A DNA stretch of 64,000 nt from assembly GCA_036743455.1 (NCBI GenBank), contig DAINPM010000007.1, positions 3,400 through 67,399 of the forward strand. Direction: 5' to 3'. The position numbers and the translations under genes were made by a program. This stretch comes from Bacteroidales bacterium. GTDB taxonomy: Bacteria; Bacteroidota; Bacteroidia; Bacteroidales; VadinHA17. The number at the start of each line of letters is the position of its first letter. Within the stretch, counting starts at the first letter, position 1. Shown piece by piece: positions 8,201-18,009 of the stretch. The notes beneath the pieces are model-generated. The model did no database searches and was not told the DNA's origin. It was given only the letters and a program-made list of their open reading frames with translations.

Positions 8201-8539
8201 AATAATTAATTGTTAATAATATAGGACGGATTGTATCTCTTATCAAAAATACTATAAGAAAATTTAGAAATCAATATTTCTGATTGTTAAAATACTTTTC
8301 ACACTCTCTTCATAGACAATTGCGAATCATTCTGTTGCCTTAACAATGGCAGTCTTGAAAAAGTATATGATTCTCAGGTTAGTTGCTTTGACAATATGTT
8401 TAAATACTCTATATTGGTACTCTGAAGAAAATTTATGAAAAAATTTCCTTTCAGGAATATGTTACTTGCAGAAAATATTATTCAAAGAACATTTCCGGAT
8501 CTTAAACACTATATATACCTGATTATTAAAAGTAGTTTC

Positions 8540-9412
8540 ATGAAAAAAACCAACATTAAACCAGGAATGAAAAGTGTAGTTACATTTCTCATTGCCATCA
8601 CACTTATACACTGTAAATCGGAAGCTCAGATGAGGTTGATCTGGGAAAAAGATTCTCTTGCTTATAATCCTGAATCAATTGTATTCGACAAAAGCAGAGC
8701 ATGCTGCTATGTTTCCAACTTTGGGGAGAATCCCGGAAATGGAATGTCGTACAGTAAGGATTACATTAGTAAATTTAACCTCAAGGGAGAAATACTGGAA
8801 CAAAAAATGGTTGACAATGTAACCGCTCCAACAGGATTATGTATTCATAATGATCTGTTATATATTGTTGAAAGATTCGGGATTATTGAGTTCGATCTTA
8901 CGCAGAATAAAGTAGTAAAGAGGTACCGTATCGAGGGTACGGGTTTCCTGAATGACATTGCAGCGGATAATAACGGAAATCTGTATGTAACTGTCAGTGA
9001 CACAAATATTATATACAGGATAAAGGATTCCGTAGTTGAAAAATGGATAGAAAGCGATGAATTTATGAATCCCAATGGAATTATTTGCGATGGAGACAAT
9101 ATTATTGTGGGGGTTTGCAGTGACGGTAGTCTGAGGTCGGTATCCATACACGATAAAAAGACAGAAATTATATCAGCCCCCGGAAAGGGATTTGCTGTGA
9201 TTGACGGTGTAAAAAAACACGGTGATGGATACTTTATTTCACACTATCAGGGAATTATTTATTTTGTGAATAATAAAGGAGTATCCAGGGAAATTCTGAA
9301 CACGACTGCTGAAAATGTCTTTTGTGCCGATTTTGAATTCATCGAAGACCAGAATCTTTTCATTATACCTACTTTACAAAATAACAAGGTTCGTCTTTAC
9401 AGGTATGAATAG
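8540..9412 (+). CDS. Secreted six-bladed beta-propeller protein (SMP-30/gluconolactonase/NHL-like)
   Basis: I prefer the start at 8540 (MKKTNIKPGMKSVVTFLIAITLIHCKSEAQ, a signal peptide) to 8435. Blade-like text recurs (NDIAADNNGNLYVTVSDTNIIYRI, NPNGIICDGDNIIVG, DGVKKHGDGYFISHYQG). Confidence 0.5.
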   Translation: MKKTNIKPGMKSVVTFLIAITLIHCKSEAQMRLIWEKDSLAYNPESIVFDKSRACCYVSNFGENPGNGMSYSKDYISKFNLKGEILEQKMVDNVTAPTGLCIHNDLLYIVERFGIIEFDLTQNKVVKRYRIEGTGFLNDIAADNNGNLYVTVSDTNIIYRIKDSVVEKWIESDEFMNPNGIICDGDNIIVGVCSDGSLRSVSIHDKKTEIISAPGKGFAVIDGVKKHGDGYFISHYQGIIYFVNNKGVSREILNTTAENVFCADFEFIEDQNLFIIPTLQNNKVRLYRYE

Positions 9413-9507
9413 CTTATGCCTGCCAGCTTTCATTTGATCTATCTTACTCCCTCAGCCAATGAACCATCCCTGTTCCGGTAGAAAAATGTTATTAAAGGAA
9501 ATCAAAA

Positions 9508-10419
9508 TCATTTTTGACTTTGTAAAGAACGACTCAGACGGATAAAAAGGCCCAGCCTGTAAAAATCAAATAAAGCAAGAAAAATATAACCTCGGGCAAG
9601 CAAGAAATATATTACTGGCCGGAACACAATATAAGCCAGACCAATACATTTTTTGTATTTCTCTATTTTGTTATAAAAACGTAAAAGTGAGATGTGATCA
9701 TTTAAATCATTGCCATATCGACCGGATTTCACAATTTCAACAAGATTAAGAACAGCTTCCCGTGTTCTTTTCAGATAGGCTTTATTTGATTCAAGACCTC
9801 CGTTGAGAACCGGATTATCAGTATGGATCACCTCAATACCTGCTTTTCCCAGTGAGTAACCAAAAAGAGTATCCTCATAACCATAACCTGAAAGATTTTC
9901 ATCAAATTTCACTTTTTCAAAGATCCGTCTGTTTGCCAGGAAATTATTGGAGAGGAATGACCGGTGAGGATTAATATTCCTGATATCTGCCGACTTACTT
10001 TCTCTTAGCTTACCGTATTTCCATCTGAGCTTCTGCCTGCGGCCGGGACACGTCAGAGTGTATGTACTCCCACCACAAACGACTGACGGTTGTTGTCTTG
10101 TCAACCCGATATATTTTTCAAGGAAATTCGAAGAAGAAATGATGGAATCACAATCAAGAAAAAGAAGATATCTGTAATTAGCATAAGTAATAAAAAGGTT
10201 TCTAATCCTTGCTCTTCCTATATTATGGTCAAGTTCAATGTAAATGTGCTCTTTGCAAACGAGTCTGTTCTTTCTGCGGAACTTTTCTTTCGAGAAATCG
10301 TCCACAATTATTATTTCAACAGGAACATCCGATGATTCTGCCTGTTCTGTTAAGTCAGTCACCAAAGGTGAGACATCATAATTATATACAGGGATGCAGA
10401 TACTGATCATCAGAAACAA
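9508..10419 (-). CDS. Glycosyltransferase family 2
   Basis: N-terminal ICIPVYNYDVSPL…VEIIIVDDFS and an FLDCDS (DxD) motif, typical of the GT-A fold GT2 family. The C-terminus is hydrophobic. Confidence 0.8.
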   Translation of the reverse strand: MFLMISICIPVYNYDVSPLVTDLTEQAESSDVPVEIIIVDDFSKEKFRRKNRLVCKEHIYIELDHNIGRARIRNLFITYANYRYLLFLDCDSIISSSNFLEKYIGLTRQQPSVVCGGSTYTLTCPGRRQKLRWKYGKLRESKSADIRNINPHRSFLSNNFLANRRIFEKVKFDENLSGYGYEDTLFGYSLGKAGIEVIHTDNPVLNGGLESNKAYLKRTREAVLNLVEIVKSGRYGNDLNDHISLLRFYNKIEKYKKCIGLAYIVFRPVIYFLLARGYIFLALFDFYRLGLFIRLSRSLQSQK

Positions 10420-10534
10420 GCGGATACATAAATTTACTTCTCAACATAACAGAATACAAAATTAGAATAACTTTGAAAGGTTGTACCACTGAGAATAAAA
10501 ACAGATCTGTATAAAAAATAAAACGGTAATTTGA

Positions 10535-10542
10535 TAACTTTG
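10535..10542 (+). promoter_or_regulatory. Candidate Bacteroidota -7 promoter box (TAACTTTG)
   Basis: Matches TAnnTTTG and lies 36 nt upstream of the ATG at 10578. A second copy of the same octamer sits at 10468-10475. Confidence 0.3.
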
Positions 10543-10577
10543 AGACTTTGGATTAAAAGGCCTGAAAAAAAACAGAT

Positions 10578-11942
10578 ATGGACTATAAAACTCTTTCTCC
10601 GCAAAAGAAAATCTTTTATTTCTTTTTAACTCTCCTACTGTTATTAATTACAGCAGGGGTTGTCTATCTGAGTTCTTTGCTTCCCATAATGACTGGTTAT
10701 GCCGCTAAGAATCTATGTTCCGGAATCTTCATTGCCGACAGGGATCAGGAAGATCTTGAAGCAAACGATCTGAATTTTTTCCCTGTTAATTATGTTAAGA
10801 ACAGGGTGAACTATAGCGACAGCAGTGTCACAAGCCGCTTCCTTTGGGGTAGTTCCAGAGCCATCGACCTTGAGGAATACGGGGCTCTCCTACTGAGAAA
10901 ATCTTCAGCAGAGGAGCTTCGCCGGAAGACTTTTCCCGTATTGCCTGATCCTGGATATGAATCAGATTCCACAGAATGGCCCTTGGGAAACATTATTCCT
11001 GATACTGTGACCGGTATAAATACTGAATCACTGGAAATAATAACTAATGATCTTATAACACGAAACAGTTACGGAGGTAACGCTTATGCATTCATGGTTC
11101 TTCATAAGGGCATCCCTGTTGCAGAAGCTTATAAACCGGGTTTCGGTAAAAATTCATTATTCCTTAGCTGGTCGATGGCAAAGAGTGTCACAAATGCTCT
11201 TATCGGAATCCTGGTAAAAAAGGGTATCATGGATATTTATGAAGAGGCAGATATTGAGCTGTGGCAAAATGATGCCAGGAAGGAAATAACCATAAATGAT
11301 ATAATGCAGATGCAAAGCGGACTAAGATGGAATGAAGATTATGGCAACCGTTCTGATGTAACCCTCATGCTCACCCGTGAAAAGGATATGGCTGAGTTTG
11401 CTTATGACCAGCCACTGGAGTTTGAGCCCGGGACACATTTTGAATATTCATCGGGAATGGCTAATGTTCTTTGTTATCTGATCCGCAAAAGGATCAATAA
11501 CGATTCATTATATTATTCTTTCCCCTATACTGATCTTTTCTACAAAACAGGGATTACGAATGCCATCTTTGAAACAGACTTATCTGGCACCTTCGTAGGA
11601 TCATCCTATTTATATGCCACTCTCCGCGACTATGCCCGTTTTGGACTATTATATATAAGAGAAGGTAACTTCAATGGAGAACAGATCCTTCCTGAGGGCT
11701 GGACAGATTATACAAGGACACCTGCATCTGCATCTGAAGGTGAATATGGTTCTCTTTTCTGGCTGAACGGAAAAGGGGAAGTGCCCTCTGCTCCTGATGA
11801 CACTTACATGTGTATTGGTCATGATGGTCAACGCATATTTATTATACCATCAAAGGACCTTTTAGTGGTTGTTCTAGGCTATTCACCTAACGGAGCCATG
11901 GATTTTGACAGATTACTAAACGATATATTAAAGACTGTGTAA
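10578..11942 (+). CDS. Membrane-anchored serine hydrolase (beta-lactamase/transpeptidase-like family)
   Basis: 454 aa with an N-terminal TM helix and an S-x-x-K motif (SWSMAKSVTNALIGIL). Downstream text is typical of class-C-like serine hydrolases (YSSGMANVL, GHDGQRIFIIPSKDLLVVVLG). Confidence 0.75.
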   Translation: MDYKTLSPQKKIFYFFLTLLLLLITAGVVYLSSLLPIMTGYAAKNLCSGIFIADRDQEDLEANDLNFFPVNYVKNRVNYSDSSVTSRFLWGSSRAIDLEEYGALLLRKSSAEELRRKTFPVLPDPGYESDSTEWPLGNIIPDTVTGINTESLEIITNDLITRNSYGGNAYAFMVLHKGIPVAEAYKPGFGKNSLFLSWSMAKSVTNALIGILVKKGIMDIYEEADIELWQNDARKEITINDIMQMQSGLRWNEDYGNRSDVTLMLTREKDMAEFAYDQPLEFEPGTHFEYSSGMANVLCYLIRKRINNDSLYYSFPYTDLFYKTGITNAIFETDLSGTFVGSSYLYATLRDYARFGLLYIREGNFNGEQILPEGWTDYTRTPASASEGEYGSLFWLNGKGEVPSAPDDTYMCIGHDGQRIFIIPSKDLLVVVLGYSPNGAMDFDRLLNDILKTV

Positions 11943-11964
11943 TAAATAATAATTAAACATACGT

Positions 11965-12576
11965 ATGAAAGAAAAGATTCTTCAGATATTTGAAAAAGAA
12001 GCAATTGCAATAAGAAATATTCCCGTCGATGATATTTTCGAAAAAGCAACAGAACTGATTTATAAGCATGTACACAGTTTACAAGGCAAACTTATCACCA
12101 GTGGCATGGGGAAAGCAGGTACAATAGCCAATAATATTGCCACAACTTTCAGTTCAACCGGTACACCTGCAGTATTTCTACATCCCAGTGAAGCCCAGCA
12201 TGGTGATCTGGGCATTATCCAGGAAAATGATGTAATGCTTATTATATCCAATTCTGGTAAGACAAGAGAACTCATAGAATTGGTTGAACTGAAAAATAAT
12301 CTCTTTCCCCGGGTTCCTATTGTTGTAATTACAGGTAATCCTGACAGTCCTTTAGTTGAAAAGGCTTTCTGTACTATCTTTACCGGTGCTCCGGAAGAGG
12401 TCTGTCCGCTTGGATTAACTCCAACAACATCAACAACTGTTTTCACTGTGATTGGAGACGCCCTTGTCGTTCTGATGATGGAAAAGATAGGCTTTAGTCC
12501 TGCAGATTATGCCAAAAGACATCATGGAGGATATCTTGGGAAAAAATCAAGGGAACAATCAGGTCCCAGTAATTAG
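11965..12576 (+). CDS. SIS-domain sugar-phosphate isomerase (KpsF/GutQ-like arabinose-5-phosphate isomerase lacking CBS domains)
   Basis: GKLITSGMGKAGTIANNIATTFSSTGTPAVFLHPSEAQHGDLG…ISNSGKT…CPLGLTPTTSTT…GDAL is collinear with the SIS domain of KpsF/GutQ. The protein ends at 203 aa with no room for the tandem CBS pair. Confidence 0.7.
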   Translation: MKEKILQIFEKEAIAIRNIPVDDIFEKATELIYKHVHSLQGKLITSGMGKAGTIANNIATTFSSTGTPAVFLHPSEAQHGDLGIIQENDVMLIISNSGKTRELIELVELKNNLFPRVPIVVITGNPDSPLVEKAFCTIFTGAPEEVCPLGLTPTTSTTVFTVIGDALVVLMMEKIGFSPADYAKRHHGGYLGKKSREQSGPSN

Positions 12577-12650
12577 AATCTCTTTTTCACCACAATTTTT
12601 CCAGTAAAAACAAACAAGGATAACCTCATTCCCCTTAGATACTTAATTAT

Positions 12651-14009
12651 TTGATTATGACAAATGAAATTAGTTCTGACCCAATTTCGAGGAGAGATTA
12701 TATATTCTCAATTACTATAATAGGTATTTTCTTTTTCATTTTCGGTTTTGTAACATGGCTTAATGGTATTCTTATACCATTTTTGAGAACTGCATGTGAG
12801 TTAAATGATTTCCAGGCTTATTTTGTTACGTTCGCCTTTTATATTTCTTATTTCGTAATGGCCCTTCCATCTTCGGCTGTACTTAAGAAAACCGGTTTCA
12901 GGAATGGGATGTCTGCAGGATTATGGGTTATGGCACTTGGTTCTCTTATTTTTATACCTGCGGCTCTCACAAGAACATTTGGTCTGTTTCTTACCGGACT
13001 GTTTATAGAAGGCACAGGCTTAGCCCTGCTGCAGACTGCATCAAATCCTTATATTACAATCATTGGTCCACGGGAAAGTGCTGCCAGAAGAATAAGCATA
13101 ATGGGAATTGCCAATAAGTTTGCAGGAGCTGTTGCACCGGTTATACTGGCAAGTATAATTATGAAAAACTCCGGGGTGTTGGATGAAAAACTCGCTGCGA
13201 CCACTGATCAGGCTTTACGTGCCATGTTACTGGATGAGATGGCCCGCAGAGTAATAATGCCATATATTGCAATGGCGGTAATTCTTATACTGCTGGGCCT
13301 ACTTTTAAGATTTGCCAACCTGCCGGAAGTAGATACGGATTCTGAAGATGAAAATACTCAGAAATCAAACACCGGAAAAACAAACATTTTCCAGTTTCCT
13401 CATCTCCTGCTTGGCGTAACAGCACTCTTTTTTTATGTTGGTGTAGAGGTAATAGCCGGTGATACTATCATCAGGTATGGGCAATCACTAGGAGTTCCAA
13501 TGGATTCAGCCAAGTATTTTACCTCACTAACTCTTTTGGGAATGATTTTGGGTTATCTTTTGGGTATTGTATGTATTCCACGATATCTCAACCAGGTTAA
13601 TGCATTACGAATATGCACAATTTTGGGTATAATTTTCTCACTGGGTGCAGTATTATGTCCTGCTGAAAAGGTGTTTGTCATGCCATTCATTGATATGGCA
13701 ACCTTCCGAAAGCTTGATCTTATTCTGCCTGTTAGCGTTCTCTTTGTGGCACTTATGGGTCTTGCCAATTCTCTTGTATGGCCCGCTATCTGGCCACTGG
13801 CACTGAAAGGCCTTGGCAAATTTACAAAAACAGGATCAGCAATGCTTATAATGGCAATAGCAGGCGGAGCTCTAATACCTCTGATATACGGAAAGCTGGC
13901 TGTACTCTTTTCAACACAAACTGCATACTGGTTATGCGTTCCATGTTATCTGATAATTATGTATTATGCATTTTGGGGATATAAAACAGGAAGACAAGTT
14001 CAGAAATAA
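12651..14009 (+). CDS. MFS sugar transporter, glucose/galactose (GluP/FucP) type
   Basis: 12-TM profile. The N-terminal text FFFIFGFVTWLNGILIPFLR…FAFYISYFVMALPS parallels the GluP/FucP signature (FFLWGFITxLNDILIPHLK…). The true start may be the ATG at 12657. Confidence 0.8.
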   Translation: MIMTNEISSDPISRRDYIFSITIIGIFFFIFGFVTWLNGILIPFLRTACELNDFQAYFVTFAFYISYFVMALPSSAVLKKTGFRNGMSAGLWVMALGSLIFIPAALTRTFGLFLTGLFIEGTGLALLQTASNPYITIIGPRESAARRISIMGIANKFAGAVAPVILASIIMKNSGVLDEKLAATTDQALRAMLLDEMARRVIMPYIAMAVILILLGLLLRFANLPEVDTDSEDENTQKSNTGKTNIFQFPHLLLGVTALFFYVGVEVIAGDTIIRYGQSLGVPMDSAKYFTSLTLLGMILGYLLGIVCIPRYLNQVNALRICTILGIIFSLGAVLCPAEKVFVMPFIDMATFRKLDLILPVSVLFVALMGLANSLVWPAIWPLALKGLGKFTKTGSAMLIMAIAGGALIPLIYGKLAVLFSTQTAYWLCVPCYLIIMYYAFWGYKTGRQVQK

Positions 14010-14108
14010 AGTCAGGCAGATAAAACAAGACGGTCGATAATTTATTCGTTATATATAACTTGCTATCAAGCGTTTTAAACATATATGATAATAACGTTCG
14101 AATTTTTA

Positions 14109-14139
14109 TTTGGATATATGTATATATTAAGTAATTTTG
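14109..14139 (+). promoter_or_regulatory. Candidate Bacteroidota sigma-A promoter (-33 TTTG, 19-nt spacer, -7 TAATTTTG)
   Basis: TTTG lies at 14109-14112 and TAATTTTG at 14132-14139, with the consensus 19-nt spacing. It sits about 80 nt upstream of the carboxyltransferase start. Confidence 0.4.
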
Positions 14140-14221
14140 GAGCCGAAAAAAAACCGGAAATAAATCAGATAAGTTCAGTGATCTGAGCTTTTTCCTGATA
14201 TTTAGATAATCTAAAGATGCT

Positions 14222-15778
14222 ATGGACATATCGGGTAAAAGTTATAAGGCCTTCCTCAAACGTCAGGAGGCATTAAAAAAACAATACAGCGAAAAGCAGG
14301 CAGAGAAGCAGCATTCAAAAGGCAAGCTTACGGCTCAGGAAAGGATAAATCTTTTGTTTGATCCGGGCACATTTGAAGAGATAGATACCTTTGTCACTCC
14401 TGCCGATCAGCCGGTAGAATTTGGCAGGGTTGAAAGGACATACGGTGATGGTGTAATTGTTGGTTATGGGAAAGTAAATGGCCGGCTCATTTTCGCCTAT
14501 GCACAGGATTTCACTATTATGGGAGGTTCACTTGGGGCTGTACATTCCCGGAAAATTGCAAAGATACAGGAGATGGCACTCAAAATGGGTTCTCCCATTA
14601 TAGGCATGATGGATTCCGGAGGAGCAAGAATACAGGAAGGTGTTGCCAGCCTGAGCGGATATGCATCAATCTTTCAAAACATTATTCATTCATCCGGGAT
14701 TATACCTCAGATCTCAGTGATCATGGGGCCTGCTGCGGGAGGAGCTGTATACTCTCCTGCACTGACCGATTTTGTTTTTATGGTCAATCATACCAGTTAT
14801 ATGTTTGTAACCGGACCAAATGTAGTCAGGGAAGTATTGAATGAAGAAGTTACATTTGACGAACTGGGAGGAGCTGAAGTGCATGCATGTAAAAGTGGTG
14901 TGGCTCATATGATATATGATGACGAAGAAAACACCATTATGGCCCTTAAAAAGTTCCTGACTTATCTGCCTTCAAATAATGTTGAGAATCCTCCTGTCGT
15001 ATCTGAAGATAATTCGACACCTGATATAAATGATAAATTAAGGGATATCGTACCGGATGATCCAAATAAGCCTTATGATGTAAAGGATGTTATCAACCTT
15101 CTTGTCGACCGTAACAGTTTCTTTGAAACAGCAGAGTTGTATGCACCCAATATTGTTACCGGGCTGGCCAGGATAAAAGGAAAGACCATAGGAATTGTTG
15201 CAAATCAGCCAAAGGTACTCGCGGGTGTCCTTGACATAGACTCCTCAACAAAAGGTGCGAGATTTATTCGTTTTTGCGATGCTTTCAACATACCCATTAT
15301 TACTCTGGAAGATGTTCCGGGCTTTCTGCCAGGTGTTAATCAGGAACATGCAGGAATAATAAGGAATGGAGCCAAGCTTCTTTTTGCCTACAGTGAAGCA
15401 ACAGTACCGCGAATAACGGTGATACTGAGAAAAGCATACGGAGGAGCATTTATTGTAATGAACTGTAAGAAGCTGGGAGGGGATTTCAGTTTTGCCTGGC
15501 CAACAGCAGAAATTGCAGTAATGGGACCTGATGGTGCCGTGGCAATCCTGTACCGGAAAGAACTGGCAGAATCTTCCAATCCTGCCGAATTGAAAAAAGA
15601 ACTGGTGAAAAAATACCGTGACAAAATTGCAAATCCTTTTATTGCTGACGAGAGTGGTTACATTGATGAGGTTATAGATCCTGCAATAACAAGAAAAAAA
15701 ATCATATCTGCCCTACAGGCGCTAAGCAATAAATGGGTAAAAGTACCTTCGAGAAAACATGGAAATATGCCATTGTAA
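14222..15778 (+). CDS. Acyl-CoA carboxylase carboxyltransferase subunit (propionyl-CoA carboxylase beta / methylmalonyl-CoA carboxyltransferase family)
   Basis: 518 aa with family text throughout: KGKLTAQERINLLFDPGTFEEID, FAYAQDFTIMGGSLG, IIGMMDSGGARIQEG, GPAAGGAVYSPALTDF, RKAYGGAFIVM. Confidence 0.9.
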   Translation: MDISGKSYKAFLKRQEALKKQYSEKQAEKQHSKGKLTAQERINLLFDPGTFEEIDTFVTPADQPVEFGRVERTYGDGVIVGYGKVNGRLIFAYAQDFTIMGGSLGAVHSRKIAKIQEMALKMGSPIIGMMDSGGARIQEGVASLSGYASIFQNIIHSSGIIPQISVIMGPAAGGAVYSPALTDFVFMVNHTSYMFVTGPNVVREVLNEEVTFDELGGAEVHACKSGVAHMIYDDEENTIMALKKFLTYLPSNNVENPPVVSEDNSTPDINDKLRDIVPDDPNKPYDVKDVINLLVDRNSFFETAELYAPNIVTGLARIKGKTIGIVANQPKVLAGVLDIDSSTKGARFIRFCDAFNIPIITLEDVPGFLPGVNQEHAGIIRNGAKLLFAYSEATVPRITVILRKAYGGAFIVMNCKKLGGDFSFAWPTAEIAVMGPDGAVAILYRKELAESSNPAELKKELVKKYRDKIANPFIADESGYIDEVIDPAITRKKIISALQALSNKWVKVPSRKHGNMPL

Positions 15779-15910
15779 GCAATAAACCCTGTCAATGGGT
15801 GTTTATTCAAAACGTATCAATTATTCACAACTTTTAATCTGAAAGATTACACTAGTATATGATTATGAAAAGTCCTTATCAGATCTTTCAAATAAATATT
15901 AAATAATCGT

Positions 15911-17416
15911 ATGAAAATAAAAAAGATATTAATAGCAAACCGGGGGGAAATTGCAATCAGGATAATAAGAACTGCAAAACAGATGAAAATAAGCACAGTT
16001 GCAATTCGTACTGCTATTGAACCCAACGCAATGTATCTTGAATACGCTGATGAGATTTATGATTACAGTGAAGATCTTACGGAAATACCTGTTTTTCTGG
16101 ATATTGAAAAAATTATTGAAATTGCATTGAATACAGGAGCAGATGCTATTCATCCAGGCTACGGTTTCCTTGCAGAAAATGCATATTTTGCCAATAAATG
16201 TCTGGAAAACAAGCTTATTTTCATTGGGCCGGACCCGGATACAATATATAAAATGGGGAACAAGACTATTGCCAGAAAAATAGCTCTTGCCAATGGTATT
16301 CCAGTAGCAAGCGGTAGTGAAGGAAATATATCAAATGAAGAAGAAGCTATTGCCCTTGCAGAAAAAATAGGTTATCCGGTTATCATTAAAGCAGCCTCGG
16401 GAGGTGGAGGAAGAGGTATGCGTATCGTTAGGAAAGCTGAAGACATGGAAAAGTTCTTTATGATAGCCAGTAAAGAAGCTGAAAAAGCGTTTAAAGATCC
16501 TTCAGTTTTTATCGAGAAATATATTGAAAATCCTAAACATATTGAATTTCAAATACTCGGAGACAAATTTGGAAATGTGATTCATCTTGGTGAGCGGGAA
16601 TGTTCTATACAAAGGAAGCATCAGAAACTTCTGGAAGAAGCACCATCCAGTGCTCTTAACAGTGAGCTTAGGCGGAAAATGGGTGCGACAGCTGTAAAAA
16701 TAGCCAAAGCAGTGGATTATTATTCTGCTGGTACTGTTGAGTTTCTTCTTGATTCGGATGATAATTACTACTTCATGGAGATGAATACACGGATACAGGT
16801 TGAACATACTGTTACAGAAATAGTTACTGGTATTGATCTTATCCAGCAGCAGATCCGGATTGCCAATGGCAATGCACTGAATATAAAACAGGAAGATGTT
16901 ATTTTAAAGGGTTGGGCCATTGAATGCCGGATAAATGCTGAAGATGTACAGGCTGGTTTCGCACCCGATCCCGGTAAAATTGAAAATTTAAGTATGCCTT
17001 CAGGACCAGAGATAAGGATTGATACGGGAATTAAAGCCGGATCTTCGATAGTATCCAGTTATGACTCCATGATAGCTAAGTTGATTGTTAAAGGAAAAGA
17101 CAGGAAAGATGCCATTAAAAATTGTAAAATGGCACTTGATAAAGTATGGATAAAAGGGACAAAAACCACTCTTCCCTTCTTCAGGATGCTGGTGCGAAAC
17201 CAAAAGTTCCTTGAAGGTAATTTCACAACAGCATTTATAGAAAAAGATATTGAAAAATACTATTTAAACAGCGAATATGAGGAGATGCTTGCTGCCTGGC
17301 TGGCAACAAAAATGTTTGTTGAGGAGAACCTGGAGGAAAACAGCATACAGGTAGATTTCGAAAACGGGAAAGAGATGAGCCCCTGGCTTATGAACAAGAG
17401 AATGAACCAATTCTAA
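15911..17416 (+). CDS. accC: Biotin carboxylase subunit (acetyl/propionyl-CoA carboxylase)
   Basis: MKIKKILIANRGEIAIRIIRT…, an ATP-grasp segment (GYPVIIKAASGGGGRGMRIV), and EMNTRIQVEHTVTE. Confidence 0.95.
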   Translation: MKIKKILIANRGEIAIRIIRTAKQMKISTVAIRTAIEPNAMYLEYADEIYDYSEDLTEIPVFLDIEKIIEIALNTGADAIHPGYGFLAENAYFANKCLENKLIFIGPDPDTIYKMGNKTIARKIALANGIPVASGSEGNISNEEEAIALAEKIGYPVIIKAASGGGGRGMRIVRKAEDMEKFFMIASKEAEKAFKDPSVFIEKYIENPKHIEFQILGDKFGNVIHLGERECSIQRKHQKLLEEAPSSALNSELRRKMGATAVKIAKAVDYYSAGTVEFLLDSDDNYYFMEMNTRIQVEHTVTEIVTGIDLIQQQIRIANGNALNIKQEDVILKGWAIECRINAEDVQAGFAPDPGKIENLSMPSGPEIRIDTGIKAGSSIVSSYDSMIAKLIVKGKDRKDAIKNCKMALDKVWIKGTKTTLPFFRMLVRNQKFLEGNFTTAFIEKDIEKYYLNSEYEEMLAAWLATKMFVEENLEENSIQVDFENGKEMSPWLMNKRMNQF

Positions 17417-17433
17417 AATATGTTTCAAAAACC

Positions 17434-17958
17434 ATGAATAACCTGAAGATAAAAAAGCTATATGCCCTTTCATCAGAAAAGAGAAAATTCAGTTTCACTC
17501 TTCCTCTCCGGAATAAGATCCGTATAGGCAAGCGGGACTATGTAGTGAGTTTGAAAAGCGATGAAAAATATGGCACTTATATTTTATGGAAAAACAGGAA
17601 ATACCCTGTTGAGATAATAAGGTCCAGGCAAAACAGCTATGAAATCCTTTTCAATGATATAAGCTATACATTCACCGTAGAGACTCCTTTCTCAATGAAG
17701 AGAATGAAAGTTCTGAATGCCACAAAAAAGAAGGTGGAACAAGAATCAATAAAAGCGCCAATGCCTGGTAAACTAATAGATGTATGTGTCAGAGAGGGGT
17801 CTGTGGTACAACGCGGAGAATCGGTAGTCATCCTGGAAGCCATGAAGATGCAGAATGAAATTCAATCACCTGTCAGTGGCACAGTAACCAGAATACTTGT
17901 TAAACCTAATGCAAATGTAATGAAGGATGATATACTTGTCGAGATAAAAGTTGATTAA
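17434..17958 (+). CDS. Biotin carboxyl carrier protein (biotin/lipoyl attachment domain) with an N-terminal extension of about 100 aa
   Basis: The C-terminal 70 aa carries the biotinylation motif (VVILEAMKMQNEIQSP). It is the third gene of the carboxylase cluster. Confidence 0.85.
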   Translation: MNNLKIKKLYALSSEKRKFSFTLPLRNKIRIGKRDYVVSLKSDEKYGTYILWKNRKYPVEIIRSRQNSYEILFNDISYTFTVETPFSMKRMKVLNATKKKVEQESIKAPMPGKLIDVCVREGSVVQRGESVVILEAMKMQNEIQSPVSGTVTRILVKPNANVMKDDILVEIKVD

Positions 17959-18009
17959 TCTCACATTACACATCCTTAGACAGATACAGCATGGTATATT
18001 GATCTTCCT

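Noticed and set aside
8435-8539. N-terminal extensions in the ORF track for several genes (8435 vs 8540; 28075 vs 28180; 56923 vs 56773; 60571 vs 60595; 7143 vs 7116).
   Set aside because: In each case an internal Met begins a convincing signal peptide, TM anchor or family N-terminus. The extension is AT-rich nonsense text that in two cases overlaps a predicted -7 promoter box. I used the shorter coordinates.
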